Source: Chiloscyllium plagiosum
Taxonomy: Eukaryota
Length of the DNA stretch: 64,000 nt
NCBI RefSeq assembly: GCF_004010195.1
Contig: NC_057719.1
Coordinates: 93,139,946-93,203,945 of the forward strand
Direction of reading: 5' to 3'
Shown: piece after piece, positions 52,336 through 64,000 of the stretch
Layout of the letters: every line of letters starts with the position of its first letter
Numbering within the stretch: position 1 is the first letter of the stretch
Notes under the pieces: generated by a model
What the model saw: only the letters and a program-made list of their open reading frames with translations
Databases searched by the model: none
Told to the model about the DNA's origin: nothing
Program-made: the position numbers and the translations under genes

Positions 52336-52699
52336 ACAGTGAAGTGAATCCATGAGCAGGATTGGAGTCCGCTTCCTGAGGACATTATTATCTCACTGGC
52401 TGAATAGGGAAGTGATAATAATTGTGTGCCATCACCTTAAAGCAGAACAATGGTCTGATTGGGGATAAACCCGGACAACAGGAGTGGGAGCATTGCTTCC
52501 TTTAAAAGTGGAACCAGGTTCAATCAATAGCTGTCTCCTTCCACATCACCAGTTAGAATCAACAACCTGATGGAACAGCAACATGACACTTGAGTGCTAT
52601 TCAAATATGGAATGTTTAATGTGAGGTGCTGGCATTGGTAGGAGAAAGGGATAAGGAGGTGAATACAATCCCTATTAAAGTTTAGAAGAATGATAAATG

Positions 52700-53410
52700 A
52701 TCTTTTTGTTAATGCTCAGCAAAAGAAGACAATTACGCAGCAACTTGAGGAGTCAGTTCCACTTATTCAACCTGGAACACAGGAACAACAGAAGTAAATT
52801 CTTCGACTCTGTGACATCAAATGAGGAGGAGACTGTTTAGTTCCAGAATCCTGATATGGAATTGTAAGAAGAGGCCAATCAGCCCCTCCACACTACAAGA
52901 AGAACACATGATAGAACTTGCAGCACCTGAAATCTGTTACACAGCAACAAGAGGAGACCATTCAGCCTTATCAATCCTGCATCACAAGAACTGGAAGATG
53001 TCACAAAGTCACTGGAATTTGTCCGTGGGGATAAGGCCATTCAGCCCATTGAGTCTGTTGCACAAGAACAAGAGAGGGACACAAAATCGCTTGAGATTTT
53101 TTACGTGAACAGGAGGAAATAATTCAATGTGCGTGCGTGTTGAATGGAAACAGTAGAAGACAGTCTCCTGGAAATAAGAGGAGACTGTTCAGCATCTCCA
53201 GCCTGTTATGGATGAGCACGAGGAGACACGTTAGCCCCTCGAAATGTTGTACCACAGCAGGAAAATTCAGTAAATCCCCTAACTTCTCCATATCAACACG
53301 AGGAAAACATTCAAATCTTGAGCAGTTTGATCAGGAACAGAAGCAGGATAATCAGCACATCGACGCAGTAATGTAGGAACACTAGGCGGGCATTCAGCTT
53401 ATCAATTATA
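52700..53410. repeat. Degenerate ~41-bp tandem array
   Basis: gaggag(a/g)ccattcagcc-like motif recurs about every 41 bp (e.g. ~52826, 52869, 52950, 53031, 53178, 53220). Confidence 0.6.
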
Positions 53411-53534
53411 TAACCAGTAATGACAGGTGGATATTCAAATAAAACCATGGGTCCCACGGTTTTATTTGAAAACATTAGCTTTCGGAGACCTACTCCAACG
53501 CAAGGTGTTAGTGAGAGAGGAAGACATTGGACAC

Positions 53535-53840
53535 AAAATGACAGTGACCTTCCTTCTCCCAATATGCGGAAAGATATAAAAGAGACCTAAGGGGATTTTT
53601 TCTTTTCACGCAGAACGTGGTACGCGTATGGAATGAGCTGCCAGAGGATGTAGTGGACGCCGATCAAATTGCAACATTTAAGAGACATTTGGATTGGTAT
53701 ATGAATACGAAGAGTTTGGAGGGATTTAGGCCGGGTGTTGGCAGGTGGGACTAGATTGGTTTGGCATATCTGGTCGGCATGGACAGTTGTGACCGAAGGG
53801 TCTGTTTCTATGCTGTACAGCTCTATGACTATGACTCTAA
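53535..53840 (+). mobile_element. CR1 3' end
   Basis: gtatggaatgagctgccagagg...ctatgactatgactcta. Confidence 0.85.
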
Positions 53841-54106
53841 CAAGGGCAGTGATACAATGAATCGTGGTTCACAGCTGAAACTGAATACGTCAACATAGAG
53901 CTCCACGAGAGACACTGCCAGCAGCAAAGAGAGAGAGAGAATAAGCAAGTTCCCTGATATAGTAAGTAGTGTTCTGTAGATTAAATGTCTGTATTCCAAG
54001 ACTCAGCAGGAAGAATAACAGAGCCAAGGAGAGTAGAGTCAATGAAAAGAACAGTATTACATTAACACACTGAGTATACAATTAAAGGCTGAAAAATGAG
54101 ACTTAC

Positions 54107-54285
54107 CAGGAACATCAACGATAGACAGCATTGTTTAATAAGAAAAAAGATTAAATAATGTAAAATGCTTATTCAGTTCAAAGTGATAATAAAATCAGTC
54201 ATAATATATAGTAAGATGCCAAACATCTCAGTATAAAGATTCTCGGAACATTACAGTCTAACGTTGTCAGATTCGGATCTTTCCC
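54107..54285 (-). pseudogene. Disabled first coding exon of a GPR139-like gene
   Basis: Minus strand ends tat taa aca atg ctg tct atc gtt gat gtt cct g|gtaagt (Y*TMLSIVDVP, cf. family YY.IL.IVGVP) with a phase-1 donor. 5' part reads DPNLTTLD (N-glycosylation sequon) with no ATG; stops and frameshifts lie between. Confidence 0.65.
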
Positions 54286-54999
54286 CCCCAATGCTACCCC
54301 CCACCGACCCAACCTCTCTTGAGAGCTGCTGATCTCTGTCAGTGCTGTCGTTGATGCACCTGCTCAAATTATGGGATAACATATAGAATGAATTTATAAT
54401 TAAAAGATGGAAAAACTCTACAGGGAAAATTAAAATCCATGGACACTGACATCAGTAACAGTCATCGAACAAACAGGTTCAGTGACCCCATTCCTTTCAT
54501 CACTTTTCAAACCACAATAAGTGGCAACATTTACTCAGTCTGGATTGAATGGATGAGGTTTGCTTAGGGATGGGCCATAAATCTTTAAGATTTTTTTTAA
54601 GCTTTCTTCCCTGTATGCGGTAATAATGCCAGATCATTACAGGATTGTATATATTTCATAGTGCTAATAAAATGAGACAGGGATAAAGTAACAGGCTAGC
54701 TGTATAAGATGACTGGTGGGGTCATTTCCAGAGGCCATAACCCTGGTAAAACATTTATTGCTCATTGTCTTTGTGTAACGCTGCTCGTGTTTTAAGTTCA
54801 CTGTTGCCAAATCCTTCAATAATCTTGATGCATCATCCAGAGAATCGAGACTGCTTCTCAGAAACAGGAGGAAGAAATTCTGTCCCCATCGTGCCAGTTA
54901 TAGAGGGATAGGAGGAAGCCAGATAGCATCCCTCACCTCTTACAGAGGGGCAAGAGCATGTCATTGCTTTTTAGCCTGTAAGACACGGACAGAAGGATG

Positions 55000-56500
55000 T
55001 CATTACGCTTATTGAGTCTGCTATGCAGAAACAATTTGTTTTAAACTACTTATGGAGCAGGATAGCCCTGATGTAGATGTTAACATTCCAAAATGTGTCT
55101 AAGACCGATTTTGAACGTTTTAGACAAGCCGTTTAAAAAGCAATTTGGGAGACATTAGTGGACGAAAAGTGGGAGGAATAAAAAAGGAGATTACAGCGTC
55201 GAGAAATTATTTGCTCCTGTTTATTAGGAGGGCAAGGCTGATAGGTATAGGGAATGCTGGATAGAGAGCGAAATTGAAGCTCTGGTGAAGAAAAGGAAGG
55301 ACGTATGTGATCCGTACAGTCAGCAGGCATCAAATGAATACATCAATGAGGACAGGGGCAATAGGATAATAGTCAAGAGGGAAATCAGGGAAGAAAATTC
55401 AGGCATGAGGAATCTTTGGCAAATAGTTTAAGGGAGAATTCAAAGCGAATCTTCACTACATAAAGGTCCGAAGAGTAACTAGGGAGATAATAAGGTCACT
55501 TAAAGATCATCAAGATGAATTTGTCGAACCACAGGAGATGGGCGAGATACGAACTGAATTTTCCACATCAGCATTTACTTTAAAGAAGGATATGTAAGGT
55601 TGAGCACTTCAGAAAATAAATATTCATGTCTTGAAAATGTCCATATTTCATAAGAGGAGAAGCTGGAAGTCTTAAAAGGCAGAAAGGGAGATATATCCCT
55701 GGGATCTGATCATGTATACGTTAGAACTATTTGACAAGCTAGGGAATTGATTGTTCAGCACGTTGTTGAAATCTATAGCATGATTAGTCCAGGTAAGGTG
55801 CTGGAAGACTGGAGGGTGGCTAATGCTGTGCCAATATTTAAGAAACGAGTGAAGGAAAGTAGAGGAAATGTTACGCATGTGAGACTGACATCAGTGGTGG
55901 GCAAGTTGTTGGGGTGGGGGGTTTCTAAGGGATAGTATTTACTCCTGTTTGGAAAAACAAGAACTGGTTAGACAGAGTAGCATGGCTTTGTGCATGGTAA
56001 ATCATGTCTCATTAACTTGAAAGTGTCGTTTAAAGATGTGACGATGATGATTAATGAAGGCACCGCAGTGGAGGTTGACTACATGGACTTACGTAAGGCG
56101 TTTGACATGGTTGTTCATGGTAAACGTATTAGCAAGGTTACATCGCATGAATTTCAGGGAGAGCTGGTGGTAATTGCAAATTGGCACTGGTGGGAGTGGA
56201 TGTTTGTTGTTTTTGACTGGACGCCTATGCCCAGCAGTGTGCACATGGACTCAATGTACTTTGTAATTTACATAAATCATTTGGACGTGAAGACAATAGG
56301 AGTGGTTGGTGAGTTTGCAGATAACACCAAAACTGAGAGTGCAGTGGACAATGAACATAGTTAAGTCAGAGTACAGTGGAACCTTGATTAGATGGGCCAA
56401 AGGCCTGAGGAAGGCAGATAGAGTTAATTTGAGACAAACATCATGTGTCTCATTTCAGTAAGTCAAATCAGGGCAGCGTGTATAGCGAGGTGCTTCAGGA
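55000..56500 (+). mobile_element. Decayed CR1 ORF2
   Basis: EDWRVANAVPIFKK..VRLTSVVGKLL; GKSCLINL..DYMDLRKAFD..EFADNTK. Confidence 0.85.
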
Positions 56501-56519
56501 AGTGTTGCCAAAGATGGAC

Positions 56520-56880
56520 AGGCGTGTTAATATATATTATGGAAGCCTTGCAGTGTGGACTAGGGCTATTTTACCAATCGAGCCCTCGCTGATCTTCCAA
56601 ATAGCATACCACCAAACACACCAAAATATTAACCACATAACTCTACATTTCCCACAGCTTATCCAGCTGACCTGCACATTCCTGGATACCACAGGACAAT
56701 TCATTAAGGCTATTGCACCTAACCTGTGCATTGTTGGACAGTGGGAGGAAAGCCAAGCACTGGGAGGAAAAACATGCAGACCCAGGAAGAACATTCAAAT
56801 CCCACACAGATGGTCACCCAATGGTGGAATCGAAGCGGGTCTTTTTTGAAGTGAACTAGCTATGCTCGCCAATGAGACAT
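56520..56880 (-). mobile_element. Degenerate V-SINE
   Basis: cacctaacctgtgcattgttggacagtgggaggaaagc...ggaatcgaagc. Confidence 0.65.
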
Positions 56881-57179
56881 TGTACAACCCTAATGATCAG
56901 CTCAGAGAGACTCATTCTCCACTTTCTCTGAATGTGTCATATCTGATCCAGTGGTGCTGAATTCCAGTGGGCTACATTCGGCATGCCATCCCTTTCACTC
57001 ACTCGTGGATTCAAACTCTGCCAAAATTCAGATGGGCGGGGTCTTGATGTAAGTGACCGATCTCCTGTACTTCTGCCCTCACTCCTTCCCGTCCTTCCCA
57101 GTTCAAGTCATTCATTAATACTGCAGTGTGCACAATAGTTGCCGAATAAAATAAAGCAAAATAAAAGAAACAAAAAACA

Positions 57180-57275
57180 TGTTCTGATGAAGAGTGCCCA
57201 GATTGGAAATGTCGCATCTGCTTTCTTCCTTTAGATGCAACAGACCGAGTGAGTTTTGCCAACAATTTCTTGCAT
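57180..57275 (+). mobile_element. Penelope pLTR remnant with decayed hammerhead-like core
   Basis: ctgatgaagagtgcccagattggaaatgtcg...agaccgagtgagttttgccaacaatttc. Confidence 0.55.
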
Positions 57276-58049
57276 ATCATATTCACTCTTTATAACATGC
57301 AAAAACTTTGCCCTGCTATTTTGCCTTCAATATATAACTCTACCAATTCTTTCTTCTTCTTGCTATTTCTAATTTCCAGTCAAACTGTTTCTGTGTAAGT
57401 TGGGAATTGTGGGCAGATTCAGTGAGATGTTTCCTTAAATCTTTCTTGATGTTAACATAATCTATCTACATATTGTTTCTTCTTCTCAAAGGCAGTGGTG
57501 AGATTGTCAGGGGGATCCACTTACATTCGTGGAGCGGAGAAGGACAATAAAGTCTGAGACTGTTCTCATCTGGGCGGCAACTTCAGAACAGGCACGCATG
57601 GTCTGATTTCATGGCCTCGACTTCTCATCGTGGAAGAAGCGAAAGTCCTGCATGTGACAATCCCCACCCCACCCTACCCCCCACTCAGGAGGAGCTCCAT
57701 GGCCTTGCACAGGATGCGGGTTTGGAGAGGGCAGTAATTCCTACTGCCTGCCACGTGAAGGTTCAATATCAGGGGCTGTTCAGGGTAACCCCGCGTGTAC
57801 TGTGCTTATGCAATTGAATTGCGGGCTTACAAAGATCACACTGGTTCCCGGGATGATCTCCGGTGAGTGAAGAGTTGCAATGGAAATGGTCCTCAGCAAC
57901 CAGTGTGGGAAACCGAACGTGATTCTCACTGTGAAGGTTCAAACAAAATTTAATGTGGGGAGTTTGAAGAAAACCAACTTTGCGGTGGGAATCGCCCCTA
58001 AACGCAACGCAACTAGTACTTTGCATTAAAAAAAAACTACGGTTACTCC

Positions 58050-58970
58050 ATAAGAGCATAACGAATTGGAACAGGAGTAGGTTTTCTGGCCCCTCGACCA
58101 TGCTCTGCCATTCAATAAGATCAGGGTTGATCATTTTCTTACCTCAGCTTAGCCATACTCACTCTCAAGCCCTTAATTCCTTTACTATTTCAAAATCTAG
58201 CCTTGCATGGAAAGCATTCCGCGAAGTAACCTCAACTACTTCACTTGGCAGGGAAGTTCACAGATTCACGTGAATATATTCCTCCTCAATTCTGTCCTAA
58301 ATCTGGTCCCCCACATTTTGACGCTATTCCCATTAGATCCTGTGTCACCCAGCAGTGAAAGCAATCTCCCTGCTTGTATGTAATCTATACCCTTCACAAT
58401 TCTTTGTTTTATAAGATCCCTGCTCATTCTTCTAAATTCCAACGAGTATAGTCTCAGCCTACTTAATTTCTTCTCATGAATCAACGCTCTGGAATCAGCA
58501 TAGTGAAACTATTTTGCTCCACTAGAGTGGTGGAACATTATTCCTCAAGTCGAAGACAAAAACTGTATACAGTACTCCAGGTGTGGTCTCACCAGCACCC
58601 TATACAGCTACAGCATAACCTCCCTGCTTTTAAACTGCGTCCCTTCAACAATGATGGATAATATTCCATTTGCCTTCCTAAGTATCTGCAAACCAACGTT
58701 TTGTGAGTCCTGCACAAGGACATTCAGGTTCATCTTCACGACAGCATGCTGCTTTTTTTCACCATATAAAATTGTTCCTTTTTACAGTTATTCCTACCAA
58801 TATGGATGTCCTCATATTCACCATCATGGTAGTCTATCTGCCACACATTTGCCCATTAAATTAACCTATCTATACCCCTCGTCAGACGATCACTGTCCTC
58901 TGTACACTTTGCTCTAACACTCATTGTTTGTCATCTGCTGCAGTTGTCACACTCGAAATCATCTATGAAA
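58050..58970 (-). mobile_element. CR1 ORF2 3' fragment
   Basis: EKKLSRLRLYSLEFRRMSRDLI...FRTELRRNIFT. Confidence 0.85.
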
Positions 58971-59631
58971 TACCTGAATCATTTGACGTACAGTCCTTGA
59001 TTACGACCATACAGATGTTATCCTTCATTCAGAGATAAACCCGACCTTCTCTTCAGTTTAGTATATCTTCCCTAAATATAAAATCGGAGGGACATTCAGT
59101 TCCACTGTTTGTTAGTCTGTCACCATGTGTGCCTAATGCCATTAAATCATGTCCATGCCTCAATCCCTCCTGAGAAAAGAAAACATACTGAGAAAGAGTG
59201 CCTTTCAGTCAGCTTTATAAAGCCATTATTCCCTGCTTCAATTTTGACTTTGTCCTTCATATTGTACCGTCAGAAAACAGTCTGACATTGTCGTTGTCAC
59301 AGTATCAGAACTGATAAGGAACGTTTCATGTAGCCCAATGTTTACAGCTGAAAATATCCTGTCCAACCGGCAGGACAGACCCACCAATGGTGAGGGTACC
59401 TTGGGGTACAATGGGGAAGGGGTTTAACTAGAATTCCGCAACATTGATCCCAGAACCCAGGAAATCTCATGGCAAGAAGCCAGAGATGGCCAAGGAAATC
59501 GCTTGATGATGGATATCTACTGTCCTCCACAACACGCCGTAGTGATAAATCAGCTCCCCATGATATTGAAAAAAGATTGGAGAAAAAAATGATGATGTCA
59601 AGGTTACAGAATGTACTCTGGGTGTGGTACT

Positions 59632-59730
59632 ACCTGATTAAGGGCTCCTGCGCGAAACGTCGATTTTCCTGCTTCTCTGATGCTGCCTGACCTGCTGTGC
59701 TTTTACAGCACCACTCTAATCTTGACTCTG
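59632..59730 (+). mobile_element. Solo Penelope pLTR starting at the hammerhead-like core
   Basis: cctgattaagggctcctgcgcgaaacgtcgattttcctgc...gatgctgcctgacctgctgtgc. Confidence 0.75.
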
Positions 59731-60159
59731 TAGTACTTCAAAGTCTATCACCAAGAGTATCTCCGCAGACTCACCAGTGACTGAGCAGGTCAAGGCCTCA
59801 AATGTACAACAGACAGACTGTGGGATGTGATGAGATGGTGTAACCAACAAGATAGAAGTATTCTCACTAAAGTATTATCACAAAAGGGTAGGTCACTAAT
59901 TGTAATTGTGAGAGAACCCAGCGCACAGTCCTGACAGAGGGAAAGTCGCAGCATCATATTGAAGATGCTGCCCACTGTGTTATGTGGCCCTACCTCCTGT
60001 GAAGCCGGCTATATTTGTAAAGGACAGAGCAAATGGAAACCGGGCATCCATGAGGCACATTGTGCTATCAGCAGCTGCAGCATCAATGGCATTCCCTCCA
60101 TCATAAAGTCAGAAATGGTCTGTTCACTGATGGTTCCAAATTGTTCAGCGTCATTCACA

Positions 60160-60335
60160 ACTCCTATACTGAAGCAGGCTATTTAGCACATCAAGAGCTT
60201 TAAACATGAACACGATGCGGCCATTCAGCCATTGGAGGCTGTTTCTCAGCAATTGGAGCAGTTCGTCTAAACTCTCATGTGTATTACACAAGAACTGGAA
60301 GGGACCATTCAGCCTTTTCAAAACCGCTGCGATTG
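60160..60335. repeat. Short second array of the ~41-bp ggccattcagcc family
   Basis: gcaggctatttagc, gcggccattcagcc, gggaccattcagcc; acaagaactggaag is shared with ~52985. Confidence 0.5.
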
Positions 60336-60879
60336 AATACGGAGTGGGGTGGGGGGAGCCGTTCGTGAGGGAGGGAGTGTTTACAAAGCGGGAAGCAGGG
60401 ATAAGTTAAGGATAAACTATGCATGAATTAATCTTTATGAATGAACACAAATTAACGACTGCAGTGACACAGTGACCAGTGCTGGGACCAATGCAACAAT
60501 TGTATTCTAACTAAGTTGAAATGACACTAAAACAGACAGGAGCTGAAGTTAAGAAGAAGAAGTAGATAATCTATAAACGGATAAACAATAGAAGCAATTT
60601 AGCAGGTAAAATATAACGTGTGTAACAGTGAACCTGTGAACTTTTGAGGAAGAATAAATGGCTGTATGTTACATAATTGGAACGTGAATACAGGATTTAC
60701 TGATGCTGTGCGTACAAGAGAGTTCACTCTGACCCATTCAGACATCGGAAGTGTTGCTCCATCTCCCTGATGGCCTATTCTCTGATGTTCCCAGTGGCCC
60801 CTTTCTTCTCAGAACATATTTGATATTTTGACTTATTTGGTTTGCGATGGTGGTTTGTGAGGGTGGCTTGAGCTGTATA

Positions 60880-61510
60880 TCAGAGCTAAAAATGTGTTGC
60901 TGGAAAAGCGCAGCAGGTCAGGCAGCATCCAACGAGCAGGAGAATCGACGTTTTGGGCATGAGCCCTTCCGTAGAGGTCCTTTGCAGGTCTGTGAGAGTG
61001 TTGTCCTGAGCTGGGTAGGTCTAATTCCAGGGAATGTAGGTAGCGGCGCATGGCTGCAAGTGTGGAGCGAAGGATCCGGAGGGAGGTCTGTTGCTGGAGG
61101 CTTTGGATTTGTTGTAGGTACTGGTTGTCCTGGTTGGGTCCAAAATTTGTTGGTCTGAACGTAGTCCGGAGTCCGTGCGGGGTCAATCAGTTCCGTAGGC
61201 AGGTGCTGAGGAAGGAGATGTGGCTGTGGTAGCGAGTCTGTTTGAGAACGTGGCTGAAGAGCTTCTGGGCAGAGGAGATGACCTGGGGTGTGCAGTGAGA
61301 GAGGGACTCTCTGAAATCCTTGTAGAGGGAGGAAGAGAGCTTCCTCAAGGAAGGCATCCTTGCAAGAGGATTCGCAGTAGGTTAAAATCTTCGAAAAGAA
61401 AGTGAGGACTGCAGATGCTGGAGATCAGAGCTGAAAATGTGTTGCTGGAAAAGCGCAGCAGGTTAGGCAGCACCCAAGGAGCAGGAGAATCGACGTTTCG
61501 GACATGAGCT
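60880..61510 (-). mobile_element. Young Penelope-like insertion: pLTR, ORF 5' end, pLTR
   Basis: Direct pLTR copies at 60880-60970 and 61397-61510. Between them MPSLRKLSSSLYKDFRESLSHC...HSHISFLSTCLRN*LTPHG..RILRSTLAAMRR, an N-terminal PLE ORF. Flanks tgagct(g/a)tatatcaga. Confidence 0.85.
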
Positions 61511-61969
61511 ATATATCAGACAAATGTCCTTTTTCTGAGTGGTCATCCTTTCTTTCTACATGGAGACCTGAGGATGATTGGAATAGCAGAGTGCATATGA
61601 ATGAAGCGGCTGTGGCTGCTGCTAGGACAGCAGGTATTCACAACATGTTACACTGTGAATGGTCACACTGAAACATTAATAGAGTGAGAGATGCAGGGTC
61701 CAATCCCAAGAATGAGAACACGAAATAAAGGCATTACCAGATCAGCTGAAAGGGTTATGTATATCACATTCTTAATTAACCTCACAGAACCAGCGTATAC
61801 AGCATAAACACAGAGGATATATCTGTTAACCATGTAGCATTGCGTATACCAGACTACTATACTGTTCACTCCAACCCAACAACCCAGAATGGAAAACTGT
61901 ACAGTTTCATCTAGTGCTCTGATCAATACAATCCGACAATCTGTCCAGAGTAAAACATTACACACGTAA

Positions 61970-62510
61970 TACTGGAGCACTGATCGTTAAACCCGCATGC
62001 GATATCCGTCCAGCAAAAGGGAGCTATGCAGACCGCAGCAGAAAGTAGATCTATAAACCTGGACTAAATATCGCTCTTGCAGCGGGAGCTATGCAAACCA
62101 CAGCAGTGCATTTAAACATTAACGCTCCCTAGATATCTGTCAAGCACTGGGAGCTATGCAGATCACAGCAGTACATTGATCAATAAACCCTGACTACATA
62201 GCACTCCAGCTCCGGGAGCCATGAAGATTACAGCGGCACATTGATCTGTAAATCCGAACTAGATATCTGTTGAGCACCGGGAGCTATGCAAAGCACAACA
62301 GGCAATAACCTGTAATCCGGAAACAAACATCCATCCAGTATGAGAAGCTGCACAGACCACTTCGTTGCCTTTTCTATGCAATCTTACTAGACTGTCTGAC
62401 AAGCACAGGGAGCTGTGCAGCGAACATCAATGAATTGATCTGAAAACCTGGAACTTTGATCTTCCCAACATGTAGAGTTGTGTACACCACCCAGTACATT
62501 GTTCAGTTGC
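61970..62510. repeat. 65-bp tandem repeat, about 8 units
   Basis: gggagc(t/c)atg at 62019, 62084, 62149, 62214, 62279, with further decayed units at ~62343 and 62408. Confidence 0.85.
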
Positions 62511-63294
62511 TCTGTGTTAGGGGAAACTTGCAGCCCATGCTGAAAGTGACAGGATGTGTTGCTCCTACTGATTTACCATATCTCGAGTGAGGGGTCAATA
62601 TACAGAGAGGGGAGATGGTGAGATAATGTTATGGAAGGTCGTTTTCACAGGTTTCAGAATGCTGAAACGAAGACATTTCAATAGCATCCTGCAACATGTG
62701 CCAGTATTTCGAGTAATTATGTGTGAACTGGATATTGGTGTGAGATGAGATGGTGGAAAGTTTTGGATGAACATTTGCTCTGCAGCTGTCTAACTGGGAT
62801 GGGGATCAGCAGAGTCTTCGAGTCATGACGCTGAATCTAACAATAATCTGTCTCCGAATCATTTTCATTGTGTTTGACAGATGAATTGTTTGACTGAGAC
62901 CGAACTCGTGTTCTGATGGAATCTTATCGAAGTCACCTCATGGACTACCCATATGACCCCATGGTGCTCTTCTCATTCAACGCCAGTGCGATTTACCCAC
63001 CCATCATGACTGGTACACACCATCGCCCGGATTCCCCGGATATTCCAAGATTCCTGGCACTGGAGCTATTTTTAAAAGTTCAAAGGGCACACCGTTGAGC
63101 TTTCTCAGTTCCGAGCTGGCCTGCACAGTTTATCCTGATCATGGGAGATAAGGGGCAATTACACTACGTATTGTCGACAGGGGCACGGAGATCCTGATGG
63201 ATGGGCTAGTACAGAGGCATAGCATTCTCTTTCCAGAGGGGGCCAGACCACCAGACAAAAGAATAACTAGGGAGAGGACAGGGCACCTCAAAGA

Positions 63295-64000
63295 TAAGCA
63301 AGGCGATCTTTGTGGGAGAAGCAGAAAATGGGGGAGATACTAAACGAGTATTTTTCAACAGTATTTACTGTGGAAAAGTACTCAGAAGATTTAGAATGTA
63401 GGGAAATATATGGTGACATTTTGAAAAATGTCCATATTACAGAGGAGGAAGTGCTGGATGTTTCGAATCGTAAAAGTGGATAGATCCCCTGGACCTGTTC
63501 GGGTGTACGCTAGAACCTTTTTAGGAAGTTAGAGAAGTGATTGCTAGGTATCTTACTAAGATATTTGTATCATCAATAGTCATAGGTGAGGTGCCAGAAG
63601 ACTGGAGGTAGGGAAACATGTTGCCACCTTTTAAGAAACGTGGGCCTGACGTTAGTAGTGGGAAAGATGTTGAAAGGAATCCTGAGGGGCAGGATGTACA
63701 TGTACTTGGAAAGGCATCGAATGATTAGGGATAGTCAACATGGCTCTGTGCGTGGGAAAACATGTCTCACAAACTTGATTGAGTTTTTTAAGCAAGTAAC
63801 AAAGAGGATTGATGAGTGCAGAGTGGTGGACGTGATCTATGTGGACTTCGGTAAGCCATTCGATAAAGGTTCTACATGGGAGATTGGTAGCAAGGTTAGA
63901 TCTCATGGAATACAGGGAGAACTAGCCATTTGGATACAGAACGTGCTCAAAGGTAGAAGACAGAGGATGGTGGTGGAGGGTTGTTGTTCAGGCTGGAAAC
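63295..64000 (+). mobile_element. CR1 ORF2 RT fragment running off the window edge
   Basis: VHITEEEVLD..VDRSPGP, SQHGSVRGKTCLTNLIEFF, DVIYVDFGKPFDK. Confidence 0.9.

Noticed and set aside
61663..61980. Hydrophobic 105-aa minus ORF as a possible GPCR first exon
   Set aside because: Lacks the YY...GVP|GT exon end seen in this family and has only a GTG start.

Overview
Eukaryotic, repeat-dominated DNA, most likely from a cartilaginous fish (shark). This is inferred from HE1/V-SINEs, the CR1 and Penelope families and a GPR139-like receptor. One long intact coding exon is present: a class A GPCR of the chondrichthyan-expanded GPR139-like family (38080-38987, minus). Its only recognisable first exon lies about 15 kb away and is disabled. 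The rest is mostly decayed mobile DNA: many CR1 fragments, V-SINEs, Penelope-like elements with hammerhead-like pLTR cores, Rex1/Babar pieces, a retrovirus-like pol remnant with a possible env start, and a Gmr1-type Gypsy element (integrase before RT) with an internal inversion. There is also a C2H2 zinc-finger pseudogene, a tRNA-Leu pseudogene and several tandem arrays. I found no convincing new biological system. Most ORF-track entries are spurious, and boundaries of decayed repeats are approximate (read by eye).
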